A program made the position numbers and the translations under genes. The notes under the pieces were generated by a model. The model had not been told where the DNA came from. It searched no databases and was given only the letters and a program-made list of their open reading frames with translations. From Acanthaster planci (Eukaryota): a stretch of 64,000 bases of DNA. Numbering within the stretch: position 1 is the first letter of the stretch; every line of letters starts with the position of its first letter. Where the stretch lies: assembly GCF_001949145.1 (NCBI RefSeq), contig NW_019091355.1:3268646-3332645 (forward strand), given 5' to 3'. This document shows positions 1 to 12,373 of this stretch, piece after piece.

Positions 1-815
1 GTTCCATACCTGACTCCACTCAATTCCTTCCTGTTAAAGAGTGGGCCTATTTAAAGGAAAATTCACTCCCTTTGAAACCGGAATTCCTACCCAAGCTAAT
101 CTAAAAAGCGTCTTTATTAGTAACACACTCGAAAAGCTGTTGTGGGCTCCTTTGTGGGGATAATGAGTGACCAAAGCCTAACAGGGCTAACTTGAAGGAG
201 GTGTTATGTAAGACATTCTTGGAAGCTTTACTGAAGGGCAGTTGAGGACAAGAGCATCTCAGAATCTCGATGACAGGGGAGGGATGGGTTGTCATTCAAA
301 GCCAGTTGAGATCTTGGAAGGAGTTTTAAGCCAATCCACTCCGCCAACACCTGCTGTGATAATGCCTGCCTAAGTGTGCTATGGTTTCAGAAAGCACCGC
401 AAATATCGTGATAGAGTTGCAGTAGGTTTTGCAACTTACCAAGAGCACCCTGCAGATATCTTGTGTTCTTAGTGCAGTGGCTGGCTTGGATGGGTTCAAA
501 GTTAAATCGCAGTTTCATTTGCTGGTGTTCCCTTGGCTAACAAGATTCCAGCGACTGCTTAACTCCATCATGTTTTCTGTAAATTTGAAAAACACTCACA
601 AACAGGTTGAGGTTAGTAACATTTATCTTGTCTGTTGATATTTGCCCCTCCCCAAAATAAACTGAGGTCATACATGTACATAATTTGTGCTTGTATCATT
701 TTCTTCCCTGATAAATGACTGCAACTATTTAAAACTAAGGACTTCTTAGGCCTACCTGCGAAGTATCATCTTGGTATTTAACTCCTTAATTCAAATTCTG
801 CAAGGAATGCACAAA

Positions 816-1173
816 TGTGACCGGCTCTGCCAAAAGGTGTATCCTGTCACTTTTTTTGAATTTGAGTAATATATTATCAAATTGCTCACATCCTAAGCTT
901 TCATTTGATACATACTTCATCCCCTTGGCATTTTGCATTTGGAGTTATTTGCCTTTTGCATATTCATATAATTTCATTTTATCACTTGCTTTTTGAGATA
1001 ATATGTTTTAAACATTAAACTTAAATTAGACACTCTCTTGGTTTTCTTAAGCAACAGAGGCTTTCTGGTCAAGCAATTGGCCTCAAAATATTTTCACCCT
1101 CGGCACATGGAATGGGCCATTACGCATTTTTGCATTGCACGACTTCATACACCTTTTTGCAGAGCAGGTCACA
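816..1173 (+). mobile_element. Non-autonomous TIR element (TGTGACC...GGTCACA family), copy 1
   Basis: 25-bp TIRs tgtgaccggctctgccaaaaggtgt / acacctttttgcagagcaggtcaca (2 mismatches); subterminal homology to the copy at 37969-38413. Confidence 0.75.
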
Positions 1174-4100
1174 AACGTGGTAGGAATTCTCTGCCAAAGA
1201 GAGTTTTGTATATATCTAAGAAGCAAATTTGACCCATAGAGTCATGTTTGTTATAAATGCACCTTGAGTTTCCCGGTTACAAACAAATCTGGCTTGCCAT
1301 CATGAATGGAACTCATTGATACCTCGGTGAGAAACCAGAGACCACATTTTGGTGTGGCTTCAAGGGCTCTTCATTGTTACACTTGGAGGTTACACCTAGT
1401 CATACTCCAGCAGGAGTAAAGGCGGTTACCATGGTCACCACTTATCACCCTGGCAGGGATCTTCCCTGTGATCCATGGGAGAATGAGGGGCCAAAGGCTC
1501 GAGGGGGATGGTCTGGCTTCTCTCCGACAACACCACCGTTGCTCTGTGGGAGGAGATTAGCAACACAAGGACGCTTCATTATGCCCATGATTCATATGAC
1601 CTGCACATGGAGGAAGGCTGTTGCACTAATTGTTTGGTTTGGGGAGTTGATGACCAGTTTCTATTCAAATGATTGAAAAAAATGAGGAAAACTTTTTCAG
1701 AAATTGCTGTTGCAGCCAGCTCGTAAAAAATCCACAAAACCTGTTGATAAGTGTCAATTTCAGTTACTGTGTATATGTTATATTTACTCTTGCTTCTTTA
1801 TGTCATTTTATCCAAATTTGTTGCTATTTTTGGGGGTTGCACTGGATATATAAGCATTACATTTTGTGGAGGAAAGTCTGGTGTCTTCTGAGACAATGTG
1901 TTAAATTTGTGTGGGGTTTTCCAAAAGGCTTGCCTCGTATCCTGGTCATATGTAAAGTCAACAAGATCACCATTCTCTCACAGCGAGGAGAATGCTCTTT
2001 CCTTTTGCCTTGTCTGAAAATATGCACTCCTAAATATTACATGTTCATATGTTTTCTTGTTATGCCAATTGATACCTCATTTTTGGGGCTTTACATATAT
2101 ATACACAATGTAGATCATTCCCAACTTTGCCCGTGAACACTTCCATAAATTGTGCAAAGGGCAAGCCCCCACTTTAGGGATATTACAGTGTAAGACAAGG
2201 TGCAGACGGGATCTGGCGGCACGTTCGTGCTGATGATAAGGCATGCACTCTTTGAGGGGTTAGGGACATACCTGTACATGCACCTGTAGGCTGTATGTCT
2301 CTGTGGGTGGAGTTGTAGCTGTGTGGTCCTGCCATGTGCAAGATCACAGATGTTTGATATGCGATTCTTCAGGGAGCAGCGATTTTGGAGGTGATCCTTC
2401 CCAATGCTGCAAACCATATGGGCCCCATCAAATTGACGACCGGCAACAGTGCTGGAGGAAGAACTCCTGAGATTCTGTATTCAAAATGAAGTCAGAAATT
2501 GCACCCAGTCTTGTAGTTCACATTACAGTCTTTAACGCTACTGACAAAGCGGTATTCTAGTTCTAACTGGCAACACCGATATCCACCTGAGGGCCATGTT
2601 TATTTGAATATGAAATGATTTCATAATATTCTCATACTTTATGGATCATGTTTGACTATACCACAGAGGACGTAGCATCTTATTTCCTGTTTTTCCTTGT
2701 AATATAATACTTTCCATATAGTACAGGCACAGATGGTCACCACAGGGGACAGAACCGAACAAGTGACTGAACTCCGAGAACATAAAAAATCTCTTGTTCC
2801 TTTTGTGTGCTTTTCCTCTACCATGGTGAAGTGAACGTAGACAAATTGATAGGGGGAAAAGCTTACGGTGGCACTGTGCAAAGGAATATATCCCTTGCTG
2901 TCTTTCACCACGAATAGCCTGAAATTCCACACAGATAAATTAGTATTCCTGTATGCAGATACCATCAACAGAACGGCACTTTTCATAACAGTCACCATGT
3001 ACTAAATTATCAGTGCCCTTAGATAGCACCCCTGCCCCCATGGAGTATTCTTCCACTATACCCTGAAACTCATCTTATTGTTCTGAGTTTCTCTTGATTA
3101 CTCACGTCCAGCAGTCAGTGTGGCAGAATTAGCTGTCTCCAGTCCAGAAAAGTTTAGAGGACCAAACCGCAAGCGGGTCCACTCTTTTCTCGGCGGTTTT
3201 TTTCCCCCCTACGGACCCTTGAGATCGCTTGTCCTGAGCAAATTGTGTTTACATTTGGTAAATCCTCCAGAAAGTGGAACCCATCACTAACTATGGTAAG
3301 CCATCCCCCGAATCCGGAAAGGTCAGTCAGGTCCCCTCTATTCGTGGTTTTTAGAGTTGTGCTTGGTTTTCTGAATTTGGAAGATTTGATTTGAAGACCC
3401 CTTTATATTTTTTTGTGGATTTAGGTTTCGAGCAGTTAAGAAAATTGAACATCCCTAGACAAAGGACCCCTTTGAGTGCAAATTGGCCCCAGGGTAGGGA
3501 TTGATCTCTGGAGGGAATTGCTGTCAGTAATAGCAGATGATGGGTAGTTTTTTCTGTCAGTGTTAGGCTCCATGTACAGTACATGTACTTGGCATGGAGG
3601 AAGGGGTCTCTGAGCGAGAATTTGTAGATCGAGGAATTCATGGAAAAGCTTCAGTTTGACCAGTCCTCAGGAGTGAGCATAGAATCTCTACAAAAAGTGC
3701 TGTTTTGGACTTTCTGTTACTAACACCAGATGGAATTTAACTATGGAGTTTATTTCTAGCAGAGCAGACAACGATCAAGTCTTGTGCTAAACTTATCATT
3801 CAGCCGTGTGGAGGTTTTTTTCGGTTCAAGTTGAACTGGGTCTGGCGCCAAGATTTGGCAGCTCGGACACAAATAGTTACATGCACATGTACATCAGTTC
3901 AATTATAGAAGGTCTTTCAGGCAGATTGAGAACCAGTCTGGGAGTAGCTTCAGAGGTGGTGCGATTTCTTATTGGAGGGCAAAGCATAAGCACAAGACCG
4001 TTGGTTTGATTTGACCTGATTTTACACACAAGTCACGAACGTTATCAAGCTCCCCTCTGGCCACATACATGTAACCTCGCGGTCTTCTCTTTAGCCCTTT

Positions 4101-7100
4101 GCTGGTGTGGGATGATGCCCCTCGAGAGGTAAACCAAAGACAAAATAAGAACTATGTCTTATACTTTCACAACTTTGCCTTTCTTCAGCGACCCTGATGT
4201 TTATAATAAAACTTTTGATAGCTGTGCTGCCTTTTTTACAGCAGGGCCATTTGGGTTTGAACTCAGAAAACTTGTTTTTCTGGACACCGTCAGCCGTCAA
4301 GAATTTAATTGAACTGGACCAGGGACGCTCTCGTCCAAAACTTATGGTCAGACAGACAATGGCATAGCCTAAAATGTACATTTCCAAGAGTTTTGCTTTA
4401 ACAATTATATACATTATGTACGTACATGTGGGTCCCAAATTACACAGTGCCAGCGTGCATGATATGTAGACCGTATTGTATTGTGCTTTAAATGGAAAGT
4501 CAGATAAGAACTTTGAATTTGGTACGCAGTACGGTATTTCATACTGAATGTTACACAAAGCGTCAGTTCAGGTTTTTGAAACGACTGCACCTGGATGTTT
4601 ACGCTGAGAATGTTTCCGGGCGATTAAATTCACGAATATTCCGAACCTTCCGAATGGGTGGAAGCCCTGTTCATGTCATACCCAAACATAAAATTCCTGT
4701 AACAGATATGTATTGATTTCATGATCTCACAGGTGCAAAGCATTTGGGTGCCTGTACTTTTTGTCCCCAGTTAATAAAGGTAGAGATTGTGGGCCGGGAT
4801 TGCAGAGGGGAAAGGTTCAGAGTTGTCACGCATGCTTTGTGCTCCATCAGGCGTGGGGGGGGAGGAGTTTGAAAGAGAGAAGGGGGATACTGAGGCTTGC
4901 GAAAGGGGTATAGGAAGGCAGCATGAGATGGGATAGTGATGGAACAGAGAGAGCGATTGTGACGATGGATATCAGCTGATTGGCATTGCATGAGATTAGT
5001 CTTAATGTAGCTTGGATTTAACTTTAACCTACATTCCTTTCAGTTGGACGGTTCCCAAACTCTGGGGTTAACCCTAACAGCCCTGAATCCTCCAATTTTA
5101 ATATGATTTTGCACACACCCTAGGGATTTAGGGTTACCACTGGATCACAGAGTTTCCTTGCTTGATGTTCAAATTCCCCTCCCCCCACTCAAAAAAAAAA
5201 AGACCAAAGGTTTTCTGACTGACAGACTATCCACTTCAAAAACTTTCAGGCATGAAAGTGTCGCAGAATTTTGTATAGTATCGCCATCGTGTGCATCTGT
5301 CTCAGACATCCAGGTCCTTTCCACATCCAGGATGTGTGTTACACATTAGACTTTCTGCGATTTAAGTCACTTCAGTACCAGCTTGTCGCACCCTCCTCCC
5401 CCATGACCTGGCTGGCTGGTGGCTAGACGTGCAGTCTGCGGCACTTAGGTGGGGTTGGTCCCAGAAACCATCCTTTTTAGGGTACGTGTAGAAAATTAGG
5501 GTACGCTAATACCTCGATCATACACTCGCTGCCTCAGTCGTTTTTTAGATTGAAGCTGCAGATGCCCATATAACAACTTACGGATCACCTAGATGAGACA
5601 CTCATTCAGGATCCAGGAGTTAAGGAAGGGCAGACACATTTTAAGTGATTGCCCCAAGTCTGAGAACTTGTAGGGCCCTTTTTGATTATTGCTTTGGTGG
5701 TTAAAAATAACACTCTACCCTTCAGTAAGTTTGTTCGTATTTGTTTACCAATAGTGGTGAGTGATGCATTTCATCTTTCTGAAATGAGAGGAATGGCTGT
5801 GTGCATGTCTGAAAATGATGTGAAAGGCCCTGCTGTCGACCCTGATCCGTGCCCTCGTACTTCAAGATGGCAGAATTGTATGACCACAGCTACATGTATG
5901 TAAACATGTACATAGCACAGCATAGTACAGCACCATGTTGTTCCAGCATGGTTCTCTACCTGAGTGTCATACTTTCACGAGCCAAGGCCGCCACTTCCAG
6001 TTTTGCTGTTGCCAGTGATGTGTGAAGTGTTTTGCATCGCAGCAGAGGCTTGTGGTTTGTAGAGAATAGTAGACCTTGGATTGTGGTGAGACAAGTTCAT
6101 TCATTGGGAGCAAACAGGGCCCATTGAAACTGGTTGACCAGCTTCCTGCATGGGTAAACAAAAATAGCCCAACCCACAAGGAGTAGGCTCCTAAACTACA
6201 AGTCCTCAATGCAGCCGTTTTGTTTGGATTGGACATAAATTACAGGAAGCCCTCCAGTACCGTGCAATTTTGTGAATTATCGTTCCAGCGGAAACGTTCA
6301 TTTTTTGAGCTTCATATTCCATCTGTGAACTTTGCTCTGATGAAAATCACCAAAGGTTCATTAATAGTTCATGTCGTAGGCCTACACTGCTGTTTCAAAA
6401 CTGTCAGAAGAAGACACCCTTCCAACATGTACATGTACATGTAGTTGGCTAGCTGTTTTTATTCTTGGAGATTTCATGCATATTCACCCTCTTGGTGGTG
6501 ATGCTGGGGGGATGGCTGAGTGAACCCTACCAAGGGTAGAAAGTACACATCTACTGTCTATAGGTGCATTTTTGAAACATATACCCCAGTGTGGTTGTTG
6601 CTATGACAATAGACGGTGAGTCATCAATGCTTAAAAAAAAACCTACCAAAAATACACCTGTGGGAGTTTTTGTATAGAGGCAGGGATTATGGATTGGATA
6701 GGTTCAGACAAACATGCCGCCCTGACCACACGCTACATTCACCTTATTACAGACTTCCTGTCAAACTCAGAATTAATCCAAGGTGAACATCAAGCCTTGC
6801 CCAAACCACACCGGATGAGAGAAAAACATGAATGCATCACACAAACAACTTCACACCTCATTTCATCCATGCTATCGAGCCCCCCGTTGGCTGGCCAGAG
6901 AGGAAGGACAATCATGATGGGAACCTTGTATTTTGCACGTAGTAGCTTACCAAAGTAATACCGCAGAACAAGGAAGTCTGAAGTTCCAACCCCTTGGAGA
7001 AACGCACACTTGGTTGAGTGCAGCGTGGTCTCGTTTCATGAAATGTTTGTTGCAGTGCATTAAGTCTTGTGTCCAGAGCTCAGCACAAGGACACATCCGT

Positions 7101-8452
7101 GTAAGAGTTTTAGAATGCATGCCTAAGGAACTCATCTTGTCTACTACTGGCACCGAAACATTTCCCCGGCTCCTGCTCTAGTGCTGTGCGGTCAAAGCAC
7201 AGGACCGCTCAAGCGGTGAACTCCAACAACTCTCCCATGGGGGCCTGTTAATCTATTTTAAAATTGCTCTGCAGGTGTATGTCATCCCACGTGATAATTT
7301 ACAGGATATATCAAGTGCACGTTTACACCTTAATGAACACGAACAAGTACATGTACATGTATGTGTACATGTATCGTAGGCCTCCATGGATGGTAAATCC
7401 CTTGTTGCATGCATACATGTACATGTACATTGACAGAGCCAAGTGCACTGTGCCACAAACCGGTGTGGCATTCTTTCCATATCTTACATGTGTAAATGCT
7501 GGATAACGCCTTCCGGTAATTAACTGTATCTAGTTTGGCTCATTGAATTGCAATTAATTCTGCATCAGAGATAAAGCTCCAGATTAGTTAAATGGTTTTA
7601 TTAATGACTTTAGATAACGTTCTTTGGGGGTGGTATTTATTTAGTGGCTGTGTTGTAACACCTTGGAGCCTGTATAAATCTCCAGTCAGCATGGACTGCA
7701 CTAGTTAGAGTGTATGCCAAGGCACAAACAGTTGTCTTACCATATATGGGAATGTGGCGCTAGATCAAGGTGCGTGATTGGATCAAAGTGAAATTCCAGA
7801 GCACTTCAGAGACACCCTTCTTCTGCTGTAAATGGGGTTAGTTAATCGTATCCACAGGCCCACCAGCTGGCTTTTGGGAGCGTACCACCCCAAAAGTCCC
7901 AGAGGACCAGTTGCCTACAATACCATGCAACTGTCCACTGAGATTCTCCGTTCCCCCCAAAGAAACTTTCTGAAGCATCAAAGACTCTCTGGCTAGGTCT
8001 AATTGAAATTCATCCCCCTTTCAATTGAAATCCAATCACCTAATTGGTATTTCATTTGGGCCATTTGTGGTGAGTTTTCTTCTCCCCTAAGTGCTTCGTA
8101 CCCAGGCTGGCAGACCCCAACAACACCACGCTAATTAGGTCATGGTGTCAATTGCTTGATAAGTAGCAGTGCATTTGGTGATCAGGTGCCAAATGGTCCC
8201 AAGAGGTTGGTCCCCAGCTTGGGCTGGGCCTTAAGTGGTGGTTCTTTGGAGGGATTTGCATACAGCAGGCCCATATCCCGGAAAGCCTCCTGACCCTGTC
8301 ATCTTTAAAAGAAGGTAGCCGTGATTTCTTGAGATGTGTGAGGCTTTGGCAACAAAAGGAGAGCTCGGTTGATAGTTGGTTGAGAGCATAGTTGGAAAGT
8401 CTTTGTAAGAACCAGTGTATTCACCTTGGTTTTGTTGGGGGGGGGAGTCAAG

Positions 8453-8633
8453 GGGCCAATTTCACAAAGCTGTTTACCGGTTTTTATACAACACGGAAGT
8501 ACTTAGAGCAGAAAAGCATTGCTGAGCTGAAATGGGTTACCAGTCAAACGCCATGCGATGCAAGCTGTGGGTGGTTCTTTGCCAGCATTTTCCGTGCAGA
8601 ATTCTTATTCGGTATTTCTATTAAATTGGGACC
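8453..8633. mobile_element. Degenerate PIF/Harbinger-like MITE related to 46200-46439
   Basis: Starts gggccaatttcacaaagctg, ends aaattgggacc followed by tg; same termini as the 46200 element. Confidence 0.5.
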
Positions 8634-11600
8634 TGATGTGAGACTGAGTCAGCATGTATACATAGAATGTGCTGGCTATTCCTTGCTCTCTCGCGCAGTT
8701 CGGGCTGATCATCCACTGATTGATTTATGCTGAAAGTGAAATGCCCCGTAATTAGAGAAACATATTTGCTCTTGGCAACTTGTACGACTAAAAACAGTTT
8801 TTTTTTCGAAAGCAAATGTACATGTACATACTGGTACCTGCTAGCTTCAAATGAGCGCTGCTCTAGAGATACATGTGCATGTACATAAGCCACGCATGGG
8901 TCACAGCACACAAACACGTGTGACGATGTGTTACTTTGGCACTTGAGTTACACTAAGTTACAGGAGCTGTGTGCAGAACATGTATGAAGTAACAATACGA
9001 GCTCCCTTGGTCCTGTTTTGTTAACCTTAACAGACAGCAGTTCCCAGGCAATTACAGCACCAAGTTCCCATTCAGGACCCGCGTCAAAAAGTCAACAGCA
9101 AAACATCCCAGCTCCCAACATTATTGACATTGCAAGGTACAAAAATATTCCGACTTGTATGCCTCGTGGCAGCTTGTCAAACTCCACACTCCCGGTCGTC
9201 CCATCGAAAATGCTCCCAGCCTTGATTTCATTGAAACATGTTTTGCATCTATTTTTGTTACTGTCACTCACTTTCAAAGCCCTGCACACCTTCTGCCAAA
9301 TCAGTTGCGGCAGCCGAAAGAGCCAGGGTTGCTCTAATTGGTTCCACAGACTTGCAGCTGTCTTGGGGAAAACATGAGATTGCGAGAATTGGGGAGGGAT
9401 ATCCAGGGTCAGTGATTACAGCACTAGATTCTGACCATGGAGGTCTCAGTGAAAACCTGAAAAGCTCATGGTTCCTGTGTCCTTGTCAAGTTGGTCACCT
9501 TAATGCCCTTAAATTGACCAACAAAAATTATCGAAAGGAGGGGACTGGTTTTATGGAAGGCGGCTTACGGGTAGCAGCATTTGTAGTGACTCTGGCTTGT
9601 CCACGTACAAGGTGTGAATCACTGTAGGAGTGTAAGATTTCATACCGCATCACATTTGTTTTTACGGTGTGCTTTATACTGTTACTTTAAACAGGTTTGG
9701 ATTCAGTGTCTCACCCCTTGTGGCAAACTGGTTCGTCACTGCAGTGTGGTTTCATTTCAGATTTTAAGAACTCATTATCCTGACCTTGTTGACCAAAAGT
9801 GCAACAGTCAGTCTTGAGCCAAGTCTGATATCTCATCAAAACGTTTGCCTTGTTTGTGTAATGATCAGTGAACCCTGCTGATGCTGGCCTGCTGCTCGCC
9901 CTGTGACCATTCATTGCTTCGGTGACCCCTCACCCCAACTTGGATCAAGGCTGTATACATGACCTGTCCATATGGGGGCTCCTGGTGGTCAGTAGACTTA
10001 GAATGACCTTAAGCTGGGTCACAATTAGGCTGGTCTCTCCTCTCCCAGCTGGTCATCAATTAAATGACTGATTGGGAGGCAAATCCTTTCTTGCTTCCCA
10101 ACTCCCTGTACTGGTCTTTCATGGGAAGTGCAGTTTTTGTTCTTTGAAAGCTGTGTTGTGGTAACCAGTGATTAGTACCAAGTAAACTCATTTTGTTTCA
10201 AGAAATGATGTGGCATCTTTAGAGGAATACGGATGAAAATGGACTAGAAACAGCATGATACCGGTGTTAATTTGCAACCCTGACAGGAACATGTAGCAGG
10301 ATTGCTTGTTTCTTATTTGATAGCACCACATCAGCATAGCTAAATGCTCACAACGCATCACCTATTTAACAGTTTGCAGGACAGGAGAAAGGCTCAATTG
10401 AATATTTCAATTCTTGAAGTAATTTGGAATGTCTTAAGATCAGTGCCCACCCTGGCATTGAACCGAGTAGAGGGAAGAAAACTCATGAGTAGACATGCTC
10501 AGCATGGAGTCAAACCCCCAATAGTCGGGAAGGAGGAACATTATTCAGGGCAGCTGGTGCGAGTGAGCGAACCAGTCTGGAGGAACCGGACAGTTTAAAC
10601 ATTGTCTTTACGTCTAGCCAGGAAGTCAACCCATGTTTGCGCTTGGCGACAGATCAGTAAATCCCTGGTTACACAGTATGTAATCCGTAGCCCTCTGGCT
10701 GGCAGACAACACACACACGATCCCAGACTACCACAGAATCATCTCTTTTTACATGCATGTCACCATGGAAATGGATCACTGTATGGAAAGTACAGCGGGA
10801 CATGGAAAAACTAACCGATGCTAGGACATGGCTTACAGACCTTCTATATACAGGTGGATCATTTTATAAATACATATATATATATAGTTTTCAAGAGGAA
10901 ACTACAGCCACTCTATTAAAAATAAACTACCAGTACAAAAGTACAAAAGCCCCCTCACTTCCACAGATGAGACAGCCTGGTTGTGAAGATTTCAACTTAG
11001 TGCATGTTGTACATGCCAAGTCCATACGTGTACATTTGATAATTTTTCCCATAAATGGACTGCCATTCTGAGCTAAAAAAAAGCCATCTCTTGTCTGAAG
11101 ACATTCAGTTTGTGTGATCTTTATTTCTTCACCAAACCAAGCCCTAAAAGGGGGGGGGGTTTAATGGTTAGATATAGCGTCTCTTCCTGCAATCTTGAAT
11201 TCTCACTACAAGACCCTAGGGGAACCTCAGCCCTGGATTGACAACCCAAGGGAGAAAGGCTCTCCCCTCTCAGAAGAGCCCTATTGTGTCCCCCATCCCC
11301 CAAACAAAATAACCATCACCCAACACCCCACCAGATACATTGTACCTCTGGTGAAGGTTGTCAGGCCCTAACAGGCAGACCGTGGGGGCCTGCTGCCTTG
11401 ATTATAAATTGCTGACAGGTCTGAAGCAGGCAGAACAAGATGTTTTCTGTGTTGCCTGTCAGGAGTGGTGTTTAGGGTTGGCCCTTGGGGCTGACATGGG
11501 CGATGAAATGCCACAATGGACAGGCTGTGCTGGACTGTTGGCCTGATGTCTAGAGCCTTGTCCTCTTGGAGGGCTGGTAAAAGTAGTGGGGAAATTATGG

Positions 11601-11824
11601 CTTTAGTGCAGGCAGTTCTCCTTCCAAAATCCCCCCCCCAACAATAATAGTTTCTTCACAAAAGTACCAGTTTTCTGTGCTCCAAAAGTCTGTGGTCAAG
11701 AAGGATTTAGAAGGATTTAGGAAATTGGACATGATTCCGGTTTTAAAATCTGTGATCCAACAAGTCACTTTTTTTAAAACAAAAATTTAGAAGCCTGTCC
11801 CATGTGGGCTTACATTACATGTAA

Positions 11825-11995
11825 AGGCCAGTTCATATCCAACGTGAAAGTGAACCCAAACGCGAATTTGTGACATCAGATGAAATATTCGCATCGCAAA
11901 TTCGTAAAAGTTGAACATGTTTCAACTTGAATGAAATTTCGCTGCCAATTTTTCCAGACATCAAAATTAGCTTTGCTTGCAGTATGAACCGACCT
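11825..11995. mobile_element. PIF/Harbinger-like palindromic MITE
   Basis: taa|aggccagttcata ... tatgaaccgacct|tta (TWA flanks); central palindrome aagttgaacatgtttcaactt. Confidence 0.6.
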
Positions 11996-12265
11996 TTACT
12001 CTTTCTTGAATGTTTACTTCTCATATTTCACCCTTGTTCTTGAATTCCTCTCCCCCTGCCGCCCCCTCTTTCCCTCAAATGTTGAGAGTACGTATATGTA
12101 CCACGTAGCTCTGTTTTCCCACTTACATTGTTAAAGTTTATGAACTTAAACCATTTCTAACAGGCACCTATTCCAAATTCATCATATCTGTCCTCCTTAC
12201 TCAAGAAAATGGAACAATTTTAATATCAACCTTGATTTTTATGTTGTCTTTTATACATTCTGCAG

Positions 12266-12373
12266 AACAACACAGTATGGGAGGTGGACCCCTGCACAAC
12301 ATGCTCGTGTCTAGGAGACCTGGTCATCTGTGAGCCCAAACAGTGCCAAGATCCTAGGTGTGACTTTCAAGGG
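12266..12373 (+). CDS. FRAS1: FRAS1 exon (VWC1)
   Basis: tgcag|NNTVWEVDPCTTCSCLGDLVICEPKQCQDPRCDFQG|gtaag, phase 0-0. Confidence 0.92.

Noticed and set aside
1669..4558. Longer ORFs in the 5' region (1669-2136, 2639-2998, 4091-4558)
   Set aside because: No recognisable domains and composition typical of translated intron; no nested gene supported.
7340..7495. Dense TACATGTA motifs as a regulatory array
   Set aside because: The motif is scattered through the whole window and behaves as a common simple repeat.
9092..9289. Minus-strand ORF containing FDGTTGSVEFD, reminiscent of the receptor ligand-binding motif F.G.TG.V.FD
   Set aside because: Short isolated match with no supporting splice sites or neighbouring exons; probably chance.
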